From Candidatus Wirthbacteria bacterium (GTDB lineage Bacteria > Patescibacteriota > CG2-30-54-11): 64,000 nt of DNA. This document shows positions 9,660 to 19,659 of the stretch, piece after piece. Location of the stretch: NCBI GenBank assembly GCA_903889905.1, contig CAISZI010000040.1, positions 148-64,147 on the forward strand, read 5' to 3'. The position numbers and the translations under genes are program-made. How positions within the stretch are numbered: position 1 is the first letter of the stretch; each line of letters begins with the position of its first letter. The notes below the pieces were generated by a model. The model was not told where the DNA came from and searched no databases. It saw only the letters and a list, made by a program, of their open reading frames with translations.

Positions 9660-11018
9660 ATGAAGTCTGAAAAAGCGGTTCTTGTTCTCAAAGACGGGAC
9701 ACGATTTGAAGGGCGGGCGATAGGGAAGCGCGGCATTTCGGTCGGTGAAGTGGTGTTCAATACCTCGATGACCGGGTATCAGGAAATTCTGACTGATCCG
9801 TCGTATGCGGGGCAGATCATCACGTTCACCTATCCGCTGATCGGCAATTACGATACCAACTACGAAGATTTGGAGTCGCGTGGGGTGTTTTGTCGCGGTG
9901 CCATTGTCAAAGAGCTGGAAGATGAGGGAAACAGCTGGCGCGGAAAGCATAATCTGGAAGATTTCCTGATGCGGAATAACGTGATTGGGATTGCGGGAAT
10001 TGATACACGCAAATTAACACGGCATATCCGGAATTTTGGCGTTTTGAACGGCGCGATCGTCTCGGGACAGGAGCTGACGGATATTGTGGTGGCGGATGTC
10101 AAAGCCCGGATCGACGCCTTTACGGATCGTGAAATGATCCGTGAGGTGAGCTGCAAAGCTGTGTATCACTATGATGCGCCAACCGAACCATGGGTAACTT
10201 TTGAGCATTGGACGCGGGACAAGGCAAGACGGGATGCGGGAGGAGATGGTGAGTTGAAGGGGTTTTTTATGCCAAAAGCGCGGGGGAAAGGTGATGACCC
10301 AGCGGTCATTGCGAAGGAGTCTGCGACTGCGGCAAGCTTGCAGCATGAAATGAGAGCGGAGAGAGGCAGCACGATTGCCACGTCATCCCATCGGAATGGT
10401 ATTCCTTGCAATGACAGCGTAGATAAGGCACAAAACCATAGAAAGATTTTTCATTTGGTGGCTATGGATTTTGGTATCAAGACGAACATACTTCGTATGC
10501 TCTATAACGAAGGCTTTGACATTACCGTGGTGCCACAGGACACGAGTTTTGAAACCATTGTGGCTCTTCAACCGGATGGCATTTTCCTCTCCAATGGCCC
10601 GGGCGACCCCAAATCCATTCCGGATGCCATCAAAGTGATTGGTGAACTGATTCATTACTTTCCGACCATGGGCATATGCCTGGGGCATCAACTCTTGGCA
10701 CTGGCCACGGGAGGAGACACTTATAAGTTGAAGTTTGGGCACCGTGGCGGCAACCATCCGGTCAAAGATTTGAAGACAGGGCGTGTTTACATTACTTCAC
10801 AAAACCATGGTTATGCTGTGAATCAGGATTCACTGGTAGGGACTGGACTAAGGGTTACTTTAGTTAATCTCAACGACCAGACTGTCGAAGGCATGGATCA
10901 CGAAAACTTGCCGGTGTTTTCGGTACAGTATCATCCCGAGGCAAGCCCGGGGCCGCAGGATAACCATTATTTGTTTGGGAAGTTCAGGAAGCTGATTGAA
11001 AAGCCGAGGATGGGGTAA
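9660..11018 (+). CDS. carA: Carbamoyl-phosphate synthase small subunit with in-frame repeat insertion
   Basis: GEVVFNTSMTGYQE, LSNGPGDP, GICLGHQ and QYHPEASPGP; extra segment before HLVAMDFGIK; AAGGAG RBS. Confidence 0.97.
   Translation: MKSEKAVLVLKDGTRFEGRAIGKRGISVGEVVFNTSMTGYQEILTDPSYAGQIITFTYPLIGNYDTNYEDLESRGVFCRGAIVKELEDEGNSWRGKHNLEDFLMRNNVIGIAGIDTRKLTRHIRNFGVLNGAIVSGQELTDIVVADVKARIDAFTDREMIREVSCKAVYHYDAPTEPWVTFEHWTRDKARRDAGGDGELKGFFMPKARGKGDDPAVIAKESATAASLQHEMRAERGSTIATSSHRNGIPCNDSVDKAQNHRKIFHLVAMDFGIKTNILRMLYNEGFDITVVPQDTSFETIVALQPDGIFLSNGPGDPKSIPDAIKVIGELIHYFPTMGICLGHQLLALATGGDTYKLKFGHRGGNHPVKDLKTGRVYITSQNHGYAVNQDSLVGTGLRVTLVNLNDQTVEGMDHENLPVFSVQYHPEASPGPQDNHYLFGKFRKLIEKPRMG
10305..10415. 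repeat. Family A palindromic element inside the carA coding sequence (111 bp, 37 codons)
   Basis: GTCATTGCGAAGGA...TCCTTGCAATGAC; both arms match intergenic copies. Confidence 0.9.
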
Positions 11019-11025
11019 GAGTACC

Positions 11026-11087
11026 GCCCCCTGCCCCCTCCTAATTTAGGTGGGGGTGTGTTTGTCGGGGCGATTCATGAATCGCCC
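11026..11087. repeat. Family B-like hairpin plus REP-like palindrome GGGCGATTCATGAATCGCCC
   Basis: CCCCCTCCTAATTTAGGTGGGGG followed by a perfect 20-bp palindrome between carA and carB. Confidence 0.65.
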
Positions 11088-11108
11088 TCTTTAAAAAAGG
11101 AGATGTGC

Positions 11109-14100
11109 GTGCCAAAACGAGAAGAAATCAAAAAAGTACTAGTGATCGGGTCGGGGCCGATTGTGATCGGGCAGGCGGCGGAGTTTGACTATGCGGGGGC
11201 GCAGGCGTGTTTGTCGCTGCGCGAGGAAGGCGTTGAGACAGTGCTGATCAATTCCAATCCCGCCACGATCATGACGGACTCGGACATTGCCGACCGGATA
11301 TATATCGAACCCATGACTGTGGAAGTAATCGACCAGATCCTGGAGCGCGAAAAACCACAGGGCGTGCTGCCAACGCTTGGCGGCCAGACTGGTTTGAACC
11401 TGGGTATGAAGTTGGCCAAAGAGGGAATTTTGGCCAAACACGGTTGCGAACTTCTGGGTACACCCATGGATACAATCTACAAGGCCGAAGACCGGCAGGC
11501 ATTCAAGAATTTGATGCAGGAAATTGGCGAACCGATTCCGGCTTCTGTGATTGCCACCAATTTGGATGAAGCCAATGTATTGAAAATGGAAATCGGGTTA
11601 CCACTGATTATTCGGCCGGCATATACCCTGGGTGGAACCGGTGGCGGGATTGCAACCAGCGATGCTGAATTTGCCGAAATCGTGCACCGGGGCTTGGAAT
11701 CCAGCCCGATCCACCAAATCCTGGTGGAACAGTACATTGGCGGGATGAAGGAAATTGAGTTTGAAGTTATGCGCGATAGTGGTGACAACTGCATTACGAT
11801 TTGTTCGATGGAAAACTTTGACCCGGTGGGTATTCACACGGGTGATTCTGTGGTTGTCGCGCCTTGCCAGACGCTCACGGATCGGGAATACCAGATGATG
11901 CGCTCCGCATCGATTAATATTATCCGCGCGCTCGGGGTAGAAGGTGGCTGCAATGTGCAGTTTGCACTGGATACGTTGAGCTTTCAGTACTATGTGATCG
12001 AGGTCAACCCGCGCGTCAGCCGTTCGTCGGCACTCGCATCCAAAGCGACTGGTTACCCGATTGCGCGCATTGCAGCCAAAATTGCGATTGGGATGCAGCT
12101 GGATGAAATTCCCAATGCCATTACCAAAAAAACCGTGGCGGCTTTTGAACCAGCCATCGATTATTGCGTGCTCAAAATCCCGCGTTTTCCCTTTGATAAA
12201 TTCCCCGAAGGCGACCGTAGCCTGGGCAGCCAGATGAAAGCTACGGGTGAAGTCATGTCCATTGACCGCACTTTTGAGGGCGCCGTTAAGAAAGCATTGC
12301 GTTCGATGGATACCAAGCCCAACCTCGACGAGTGGCTCAAACACGACAAATATTGGGCCAAAGCCACGGATGTGCGGTTGTCTCTGATTATCGCAGCGTT
12401 GCGCCGCGGCATTACGGTAGAAACGATCAATGCGGACACGCAGATTGACTTGTGGTTTCTGCGCAAGTTGCGCAATTTGGTCACCATGGAGGAGCAACTG
12501 GCAAAACTGGCGGCATTGAAAGATGAAGAAAAGAATTTACAGCTTGAAGCATTATTAAAGCGAGCCAAGCAGTTTGGTTTTGCCGATCATGAGATTGTTG
12601 CTTTGACTGACGTGACAGACACTCAACTGAAGCAGTTGCTGGGAACAATGCATTGTGCCCCTACGTTTAAGATGGTGGATACCTGTGCCGGTGAATTTGA
12701 GGCCGTCACACCGTATTTTTATTCCACCTGGGAAGACGAGAACGAAGCTGTGCCGTCAGGCAAACAGGACAAGGCCATTGTCATCGGTTCTGGCCCGATC
12801 CGCATCGGGCAGGGGATTGAGTTTGATTACTGTTCGGTGCATGCGTCGCTTGCCTTGCGTGAGATGGGGATTGAGTCAATCATGATCAACAACAATCCCG
12901 AAACCGTGAGTACCGACTTTGATGTGTCTGATCGCCTCTACTTCGAGCCGCTCGAGCTAGAAGACGTGGTGAATGTTTACAACAACGAATCAGTTGGACT
13001 CGATGATGGCAAGAAGCCCAAATTCATTGTCCAGTTTGGTGGACAGACATCGCTCACCGTCGCCTCACAACTGGCCAAGGCCGGCGTGATTCCGCATGCC
13101 GGGCAAGTGGATAGTATTGAGCTGGCTTCCAACCGAGGTCGTTTTGAAAAACTACTGATGGCACTCAACATTCCCTTTCCCCGTGGCCATGCCGCCAAAA
13201 CTGCGGCCGAAGCACTCATTGTAGCCGAAGAAATTGGCTTCCCGGTTCTGGTGCGGCCTTCCTTTGTCCTGGGCGGTCGCGCCATGGAAATCGTCTATTC
13301 TCTGGACCACATGCGCGAACTGATTGATTATGTCTTTTCCGTCGTTCCCGACGCGCCGGTGCTGGTGGACAAATACATAGACGGCAAAGAAGCCGAAGTC
13401 GACCTGTTGTTTGACGGCAGCGACGTGCTGATTCCCGGCATCATGGAACACATTGAGCGCGCTGGTATCCATTCGGGCGACAGTATGGCGGTGTATCCGA
13501 CCCAGGGTCTGACATTGGAACAGATCGACAAAATGGTGGACTACTCCATGCGGCTCGCCAAGGCGGTTGGCAACATTGGGCTGACCAACATCCAGTTTGT
13601 CTTGCAGGGAGGTGACGTTTTCGTCATTGAAGCTAACCCGCGTGGCAGCCGGACGGTGCCGTTTCTGAGTAAAGTGACGGGCATTCCCATGGTCAAACTT
13701 GCGACACAGCTTTTGTACGGCGCAAAACTTAAGGATTTGGGTTACTTTCCGGGACTTTACCCCTCGAGCGGCGTGGTGGCGGTCAAAGCGCCGGTTTTTT
13801 CCTTTGCCAAACTCACGAACGTGCGCACCAAACTGGGGCCCGAAATGAAATCCACGGGTGAAGTCATGGGCATCGACCGCACCTACCCCAACGCCTTGCG
13901 CAAGGCATTCATCGCCTCAGGTATCCAGATTCCGCTTGAGGGCAAGGTTTTTGTCACTGTGGCGAATCGTGATAAGGAAGAAGCTTTGAGTATTGTGCGC
14001 GGCTTTGCAGAATTGGGTTATGCAATTGTGGCAACCGAAGGTACGGCACATTTCCTTTCTGAACATGAAATTAAAGCCGCCGTTGTGGGGAAAATTTCCG

Positions 14101-14345
14101 ACGATCCCAAGAATTCCATTTTGAAACAGATCAAAAACAAGCACATTCAACTGGTCATCAACACTCCGGAAGCCAGTAAGGACGCCGAAAGCGACGGCCC
14201 GCAAATCCGCACGGCGGCGATCCAATATGGTGTGCCTTGCCTGACATCGCTCGACACTGCACGCGCCTTGCTTTTTAGCTTGCGTGCCCGACGGCAGGGA
14301 AAGGATTTGAAAGTGCGAACCATGGCAGAATATTTGGAGAGTTAG
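11109..14345 (+). CDS. carB: Carbamoyl-phosphate synthase large subunit
   Basis: GSGPIVIGQAAEFDY, duplicated ATP-grasp halves and C-terminal MGS domain; GTG start after AAGGAG. Confidence 0.98.
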   Translation: MPKREEIKKVLVIGSGPIVIGQAAEFDYAGAQACLSLREEGVETVLINSNPATIMTDSDIADRIYIEPMTVEVIDQILEREKPQGVLPTLGGQTGLNLGMKLAKEGILAKHGCELLGTPMDTIYKAEDRQAFKNLMQEIGEPIPASVIATNLDEANVLKMEIGLPLIIRPAYTLGGTGGGIATSDAEFAEIVHRGLESSPIHQILVEQYIGGMKEIEFEVMRDSGDNCITICSMENFDPVGIHTGDSVVVAPCQTLTDREYQMMRSASINIIRALGVEGGCNVQFALDTLSFQYYVIEVNPRVSRSSALASKATGYPIARIAAKIAIGMQLDEIPNAITKKTVAAFEPAIDYCVLKIPRFPFDKFPEGDRSLGSQMKATGEVMSIDRTFEGAVKKALRSMDTKPNLDEWLKHDKYWAKATDVRLSLIIAALRRGITVETINADTQIDLWFLRKLRNLVTMEEQLAKLAALKDEEKNLQLEALLKRAKQFGFADHEIVALTDVTDTQLKQLLGTMHCAPTFKMVDTCAGEFEAVTPYFYSTWEDENEAVPSGKQDKAIVIGSGPIRIGQGIEFDYCSVHASLALREMGIESIMINNNPETVSTDFDVSDRLYFEPLELEDVVNVYNNESVGLDDGKKPKFIVQFGGQTSLTVASQLAKAGVIPHAGQVDSIELASNRGRFEKLLMALNIPFPRGHAAKTAAEALIVAEEIGFPVLVRPSFVLGGRAMEIVYSLDHMRELIDYVFSVVPDAPVLVDKYIDGKEAEVDLLFDGSDVLIPGIMEHIERAGIHSGDSMAVYPTQGLTLEQIDKMVDYSMRLAKAVGNIGLTNIQFVLQGGDVFVIEANPRGSRTVPFLSKVTGIPMVKLATQLLYGAKLKDLGYFPGLYPSSGVVAVKAPVFSFAKLTNVRTKLGPEMKSTGEVMGIDRTYPNALRKAFIASGIQIPLEGKVFVTVANRDKEEALSIVRGFAELGYAIVATEGTAHFLSEHEIKAAVVGKISDDPKNSILKQIKNKHIQLVINTPEASKDAESDGPQIRTAAIQYGVPCLTSLDTARALLFSLRARRQGKDLKVRTMAEYLES

Positions 14346-14405
14346 TTTACCCAGGTGCGCAGATAGAAAGACTTAAACTGGGTAGGTTTATTAAGTGGTG
14401 ATTGC

Positions 14406-14529
14406 GGCCTGGGGGCAAGCCAAACAATCCTCATCAATGCTTGTTTTGTGTTGTGATCGTCACTGCTTGGGTAGCTTCTCGTTTCTAAAGATCCCGCGTG
14501 ATTGCGGTTGCTCGGCTTGCCCCCAGGCC
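14406..14529. repeat. MITE/REP-like element with perfect 16-bp terminal inverted repeats
   Basis: GGCCTGGGGGCAAGCC at 14406-14421 and its reverse complement at 14514-14529. Confidence 0.7.
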
Positions 14530-14629
14530 CTTGTTTTAGTTTTGTTTAGAACTAGTAGACAATGAAAATTGAGTTTTTGCCCTGTGCCGTTTACAATGGC
14601 GGCAATTAAGCCTAAACACGGGGGAAACC

Positions 14630-16516
14630 ATGGCGAAGTTTCTGGTCATCGATTTTGACAGCACATTTGTGAGATCGGAAGCCCTGGAGGAATTGGCGGC
14701 AGTTTGCCTCAAGTCGAGTACAAAGCGGGAGGCAATCCTGGCCCGCATCAAACAGATCACCAAAGACGGCATGGAAGGCAAACTGGGGTTTAAAGCCAGC
14801 CTCGAACAACGCCTCAAACTGCTTGCCGCGAGTCGTAATGACTTACCACTCGTGATCGCGCGTCTCAAACGCAAAATATCGCCTTCGATTTTGCGCAACA
14901 AATCTTTTTTTCATGACTTCAAGGACCAGATTTATATTGTTTCGGGTGCGTTTAAGGAAATTGTCGATCCGATTGTGGCGCAATTTGGCATTGACCCCAG
15001 CCACGTGCTTGCCAACGAATTTATCTACGACAGCAAAGGCAAGATCACCGGTTTTGATCACAATAATTTGCTGGTGCAACCCGAAGGCAAAGTCAAAGCG
15101 ATTTTGAGCTTGAAGCTGCACGGCGAGATTGACGTGATTGGCGACGGCTACACCGATTTACAAGTGCGCGAACTAGGCGCCGCAAACCGCTTCATTGCCT
15201 TTACCGAAAACGTGAAACGTCAGATTGTGATGGACAAAGCCGACCATATAGCGCCAAATTTTGACGAAGTGCTTTTCCTGAACAATTTTCCGCGTGCTAT
15301 TTCCTTTCCCAAAAATCGCATTCAGGTGGTGCTGCTGGAAAACATCCATCCACGCGCTGTGGCGATGTTCGAACAGGAAGGATTTAAAGTCGAAGTCCAT
15401 GACAAAAGCCTGCCCGACGACAAGCTGACTGCTGTCATTGCCAAAGCGCACGTGCTAGGTATTCGTTCCCGTACCCAACTCACGCCTGAGCTGTTGAAGC
15501 AGGGGAAACACCTGCTGGCAGTTGGCGCTTTTTGCATCGGGGTGGAACAGATCGCGCTCGACAAAGCCGCCAGCCAGGGCGTGGTCGTGTTTAATGCGCC
15601 TTACAGCAACACCCGTTCGGTCGTCGAACTCGCATTGGGCGAGATGATCATGTTGCTCCGGCAAATTACAGATAAAAATGCCAAGCTGCATCAGGGTATC
15701 TGGGACAAACAGGCAGTCGGCTCCAATGAAATCCGCGGCAAAAAGCTGGGCATCATTGGTTACGGCAATATTGGGACACAACTCTCGGTGCTGGCCGAAA
15801 ACCTGGGCATGGAGGTTTACTATTACGACCTGGTTGAGAAACTTTCCCTTGGCAATGCCAAACGGTGCCGATCTATGTCAGAACTTTTAAAAAAAGCCGA
15901 TGTCGTCACTGTGCATGTGGATGGCCGCAAGGAGAACAAGAACCTGATTGGTGCCAGGGAATTTGGCCAGATGAAGGACGGGGTGGTATTTTTGAACCTG
16001 AGCCGTGGACAGATTGTTGACCTCGGGGCGCTGACCAAAGCCATCCAGTCGGGCAAAGTGCGAGGTGCCGGCCTGGATGTGTTTCCCACCGAACCGCGTG
16101 GCCAAGACGAACCGTTTCTTTGCACACTCCAAAATTTGCCCAACGTCATCCTGACGCCACATATTGGTGGCAGCACCGAGGAAGCGCAGTTCAATATCGG
16201 TGAATTTGTGGCGACCAAATTGATCGATTATATCAACACCGGCAGCTCATTCATGAGTGTGAATTTTCCCAATATCCAGCTGCCACCCATCCAAAAATCC
16301 CACCGGCTGCTGCATATTCACCGCAATGTGCCGGGCATGCTGGCCCAGATCAATGGCATTTTTGCCCAGCATGGTATCAACATCGAAGGCCAGTACCTCA
16401 AGACCAAGGAAAACATCGGTTATTGTATCACCGACATCAACCGCAAATACTCGCCCAAATTGATCGACGAACTCAAGCAGATTCCAGACACGATTTCATT
16501 TCGTATTTTATACTAA
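14630..16516 (+). CDS. serA: Fusion of HAD-IB phosphoserine phosphatase, D-3-phosphoglycerate dehydrogenase and ACT domain
   Basis: N-terminal DFDSTF, VSG and IGDGYTD (HAD); GIRSRT, GYGNIG and TPHIGGST (SerA); HRNVPGMLAQIN (ACT). Confidence 0.93.
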   Translation: MAKFLVIDFDSTFVRSEALEELAAVCLKSSTKREAILARIKQITKDGMEGKLGFKASLEQRLKLLAASRNDLPLVIARLKRKISPSILRNKSFFHDFKDQIYIVSGAFKEIVDPIVAQFGIDPSHVLANEFIYDSKGKITGFDHNNLLVQPEGKVKAILSLKLHGEIDVIGDGYTDLQVRELGAANRFIAFTENVKRQIVMDKADHIAPNFDEVLFLNNFPRAISFPKNRIQVVLLENIHPRAVAMFEQEGFKVEVHDKSLPDDKLTAVIAKAHVLGIRSRTQLTPELLKQGKHLLAVGAFCIGVEQIALDKAASQGVVVFNAPYSNTRSVVELALGEMIMLLRQITDKNAKLHQGIWDKQAVGSNEIRGKKLGIIGYGNIGTQLSVLAENLGMEVYYYDLVEKLSLGNAKRCRSMSELLKKADVVTVHVDGRKENKNLIGAREFGQMKDGVVFLNLSRGQIVDLGALTKAIQSGKVRGAGLDVFPTEPRGQDEPFLCTLQNLPNVILTPHIGGSTEEAQFNIGEFVATKLIDYINTGSSFMSVNFPNIQLPPIQKSHRLLHIHRNVPGMLAQINGIFAQHGINIEGQYLKTKENIGYCITDINRKYSPKLIDELKQIPDTISFRILY

Positions 16517-16522
16517 CGACCC

Positions 16523-17593
16523 ATGGCCAATAAGACTTTTCTGACTGTCGGTCCCAGCGCACTTTACCCCACCGTGCCGCAGCACCTGCAAACGGCTTTG
16601 GCCGCAGATGTGATGTCTCTTTCGCATCGCAGCAAAGCTTTTGTGGACATTTATCAGGGCGCTGTATCCGCCTTACGCGAGCTGCTCTCGATTCCTGCAA
16701 ACTACTACGTTTTTTTTGTTTCGTCATCACTGGAGAGCATGGAACGGTGTTTGCAGAATACCGTCGAACGCAGTAGTTTCCACTTAGTGAACGGAGAATT
16801 TTCGCGCAAATTTTTTGAATTTGCCAAGCAACTTGGGAAGCAGCCACAGCAGTTGGAAGTGGCGCCCGGTCATGGTTTTTCGTTTGACGAGATTGTCGTC
16901 CCCGCGGAAGCCGAACTAATTTGTATCACTGAAAATGAAACCAGTACGGGCGTTGCCTTACCGCTTGAGTTGATCAGCGCAGTACACGCCAAATATCCAG
17001 ACAAGTTGATCGCAGTGGATATTGTTTCCTCCGCGCCTTATCCGGCATTGGACTTCGCTACGATCGATATGGCCTTTTGGTCCGGCCAAAAAGGTTTTGG
17101 CATTCCCGCCGGCATGGGCGTGCTTGTGGTAAGCCCTCGCGCCATTGCCAAGACGGAAAAGCTCAAAGCGACTGGCGTTACGATTGGGAGTTTTCATAAT
17201 TTCATCGACCTTGCCACGTTTGCTGCCAAAGGACAGACACCCGAGACACCCAACGTGCTGGCGATAGACTTGATGGGGAAAGTGACAAAGGACATGCTGG
17301 AGCTGGGGATAGGAACAATTCGAATTCAAACTCGAGCCAAGGCCAAATTGATTTATGAATACTTAAAGCGTCATTCCAATTGTCAACCCTTCGTGACCGA
17401 CGCAGCCTTGCAGTCTCAAACGACAATCGTTGTCAATGTGGGATCGAATTCAGCCAGTTTGATCAAACGGTTGGAGGTGGCTGGTTTTGTAGTTTCGAGT
17501 GGCTACGGGCCGTTCAAAGACCAACATCTTCGCATTGCCAATTTTCCAGCAGTGAGTGTGGAGGAGATGGAGAGGTTGGTGGGGGTTTTGTGA
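16523..17593 (+). CDS. serC: Class V aminotransferase, probable phosphoserine aminotransferase
   Basis: TVGPS, SHRS, NETSTG, VDIVSS, SGQKGFG and LRIANFP; directly follows serA. Confidence 0.8.
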   Translation: MANKTFLTVGPSALYPTVPQHLQTALAADVMSLSHRSKAFVDIYQGAVSALRELLSIPANYYVFFVSSSLESMERCLQNTVERSSFHLVNGEFSRKFFEFAKQLGKQPQQLEVAPGHGFSFDEIVVPAEAELICITENETSTGVALPLELISAVHAKYPDKLIAVDIVSSAPYPALDFATIDMAFWSGQKGFGIPAGMGVLVVSPRAIAKTEKLKATGVTIGSFHNFIDLATFAAKGQTPETPNVLAIDLMGKVTKDMLELGIGTIRIQTRAKAKLIYEYLKRHSNCQPFVTDAALQSQTTIVVNVGSNSASLIKRLEVAGFVVSSGYGPFKDQHLRIANFPAVSVEEMERLVGVL

Positions 17594-17602
17594 TGCCGGG
17601 CC

Positions 17603-17721
17603 GTCATTCTGAGCCTTTCCGAAGTGCGAAGAATCCTTACTGTGAATTGAGGTTGAAATGGTGGAGATCGCTTATGGCCTCTTACTCTGTAGTAAGCATG
17701 CTTCGTTTCTCTCAGCATGAC
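17603..17721. repeat. Palindromic GTCATTCTGAG...CTCAGCATGAC element (relative of family A)
   Basis: Imperfect terminal inverted repeat plus internal GAAGAATCCTTAC/GTAAGCATGCTTC stem. Confidence 0.75.
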
Positions 17722-17755
17722 AACGATGATTTAAAGTCAAATAAGGTAATGAAAA

Positions 17756-18721
17756 ATGCTCTTGCCGATGCATAACTCCTCGACCTCTTTCTTCACTCGC
17801 CATCTTCCTCCCAGCATCTCCATCGGCGCAGTTGGCTCGATCAAACCCCTTTTCAATCCCAATGGTTTGGTTACCGTTGACGGCCTCAGCGACCACTACG
17901 ATCAAAATCGTTTTCCCGTGGACTTCGACTTTGTGGTGCCATTTAACGAAAAGCACTTGGGGTGGATGCGGCAGTTTGGAATTCCAGAGGAGTACCGTAT
18001 CCGCGAAAGCTCGGACAAAGTCCAAATTCTGGAATTTGACGCTGATTATCGTCAGCAAATCAATGAAACGATGACCGAACTGAGTGAAATTTCCAATTGC
18101 CACCCCTGGCAGGATGACATTTCCCGATTTCGCTATCAGCAGCGCTGGATGACGATCGCCAAACTACAGGCGGACTCATTTTTGTCGCAAGTGGACATGT
18201 CCAAAGTGCGTTTACTGGCGCCGTTGCGTGCCGGGGCACTGGCGACCGTGCCGTACCAACTCCCGCCAAACCAGATCGGAGCAGCGGTTTACAAACGGCT
18301 TCCCAAAGCGAACGGTGAAACGTGGGTTGGCCTCAAAGACGTCCACCTGCCAGCGCTCGATGCGAACTCGATCGTCGTGGTTACTGAAGGCTGTACTGGT
18401 TCTGGTGCAACGGTGGTGGCGACCATGTTGTACTTTTTGGCCATGGCGATTCCTTGCCGGCATTTGGAACTCCACACCATCAACAGCCCGCAGCACAGCA
18501 TGCTGTTCATGCTCTCCGCCGCAGCGGAGCTGGGTTTTGAGCTGACGATACGGTCGGCCACGATTTCGTATTTTGAAGATGCCAAACTCTATAACCACTG
18601 GGGCAAACCGGAGTGGCTGGATTTTGCTTATGTGCTGTCGGATGTCGGTGATTTTAGCGTGCCATTGCCGCCTGCGTTCAACGCTAGAGCCTGGTGGAAC
18701 ATCGGGCGACAAGGGATATAG
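17756..18721 (+). CDS. Divergent phosphoribosyltransferase-fold (UPRTase-like) protein
   Basis: LAPLRAGAL resembles UPRTase ILRAG; IVVVTEGCTGSGAT resembles a degenerate PRPP loop. Confidence 0.55.
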   Translation: MLLPMHNSSTSFFTRHLPPSISIGAVGSIKPLFNPNGLVTVDGLSDHYDQNRFPVDFDFVVPFNEKHLGWMRQFGIPEEYRIRESSDKVQILEFDADYRQQINETMTELSEISNCHPWQDDISRFRYQQRWMTIAKLQADSFLSQVDMSKVRLLAPLRAGALATVPYQLPPNQIGAAVYKRLPKANGETWVGLKDVHLPALDANSIVVVTEGCTGSGATVVATMLYFLAMAIPCRHLELHTINSPQHSMLFMLSAAAELGFELTIRSATISYFEDAKLYNHWGKPEWLDFAYVLSDVGDFSVPLPPAFNARAWWNIGRQGI

Positions 18722-18798
18722 GCCATGGGCTCGACTTGTTGTATAATTAAACGATGAGATAATGCTTGTCTCATCTTAATTTTTAGCAACAGGTTGGC

Positions 18799-19602
18799 GT
18801 GACCCGTTCCAGGCAGTTCAAACAACCATCCATCTGGGCACAATACCGGGGCGGCTTTTCCACCCACACGGCGGTAGCGGTAGGGATGTTCGGGGTCATG
18901 ATCTTGATCACGGGTTTTGTGCTGCTGATGATTAACGGGTATTTTCGTAATTATAATTTTGGCAATTTAGCGGGATTGCACTCAACTCCGACCTTGACGC
19001 CGGCAACGGCTACAGTCAAGGAAGTGTGGGGCAAAGCCGAGATCAAGCATGGTACGGATGACCAGGCCGCTTGGTCACCGTTGGTGGAAAATGAATTGAT
19101 CGTTTCTGGTGATGAAATCCGCACCGGAGTGGATGGATTGGTTACGATTGCAATTCCTGGCGGCAGTGAAACGCGGGTTAATCATCAATCACTCCTAACC
19201 TATGCCTTTGGCGTGAACACCAAAAACGCGAGACAAATTGGCGTGACCGTGAAACAGCTCATGGGAGAGATTTATCACCTTGTTATCGAAAATAGTGGCA
19301 ACCAGTTGACTTACACCGTGCTCACCCCGAATTTTGTCATGACAGCCACCGAAAATAGCAGCAGCAATACCTTTGTGAGTACCGAGCCAGTCGAGGCCAC
19401 TGTTCAAACAGTCAGCGGTGTGGTGGTAGTGGCGCCACCGGATGGCAACGAAGCCACCACGACCAATCTGGTGGAAGCGCAGCAAATAATCACCGATCCC
19501 AATCACCAGGGTCTGACCATTTGGAACATTCCCACCAAGCAGCCGAATTCCTCCTGGATCATTGCCAACATGCAATTAGACAAAACCAACGCTATTCATT
19601 GA
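18799..19602 (+). CDS. Membrane-anchored FecR-like domain protein
   Basis: One transmembrane helix, then GDEIRTGVDG, GSETRV and TVLTPN as in FecR-type beta domains. Confidence 0.65.
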   Translation: MTRSRQFKQPSIWAQYRGGFSTHTAVAVGMFGVMILITGFVLLMINGYFRNYNFGNLAGLHSTPTLTPATATVKEVWGKAEIKHGTDDQAAWSPLVENELIVSGDEIRTGVDGLVTIAIPGGSETRVNHQSLLTYAFGVNTKNARQIGVTVKQLMGEIYHLVIENSGNQLTYTVLTPNFVMTATENSSSNTFVSTEPVEATVQTVSGVVVVAPPDGNEATTTNLVEAQQIITDPNHQGLTIWNIPTKQPNSSWIIANMQLDKTNAIH

Positions 19603-19659
19603 ATTAATTCCCTCAACTCGGTACAATCAGGCCCTTACTTTGGACACAAGGGGCCACCC

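Noticed and set aside
10170-10445. Intein or intron in carA
   Set aside because: No C/S...HN splicing motifs or intron core were seen. The insert is partly explained by the family A repeat.
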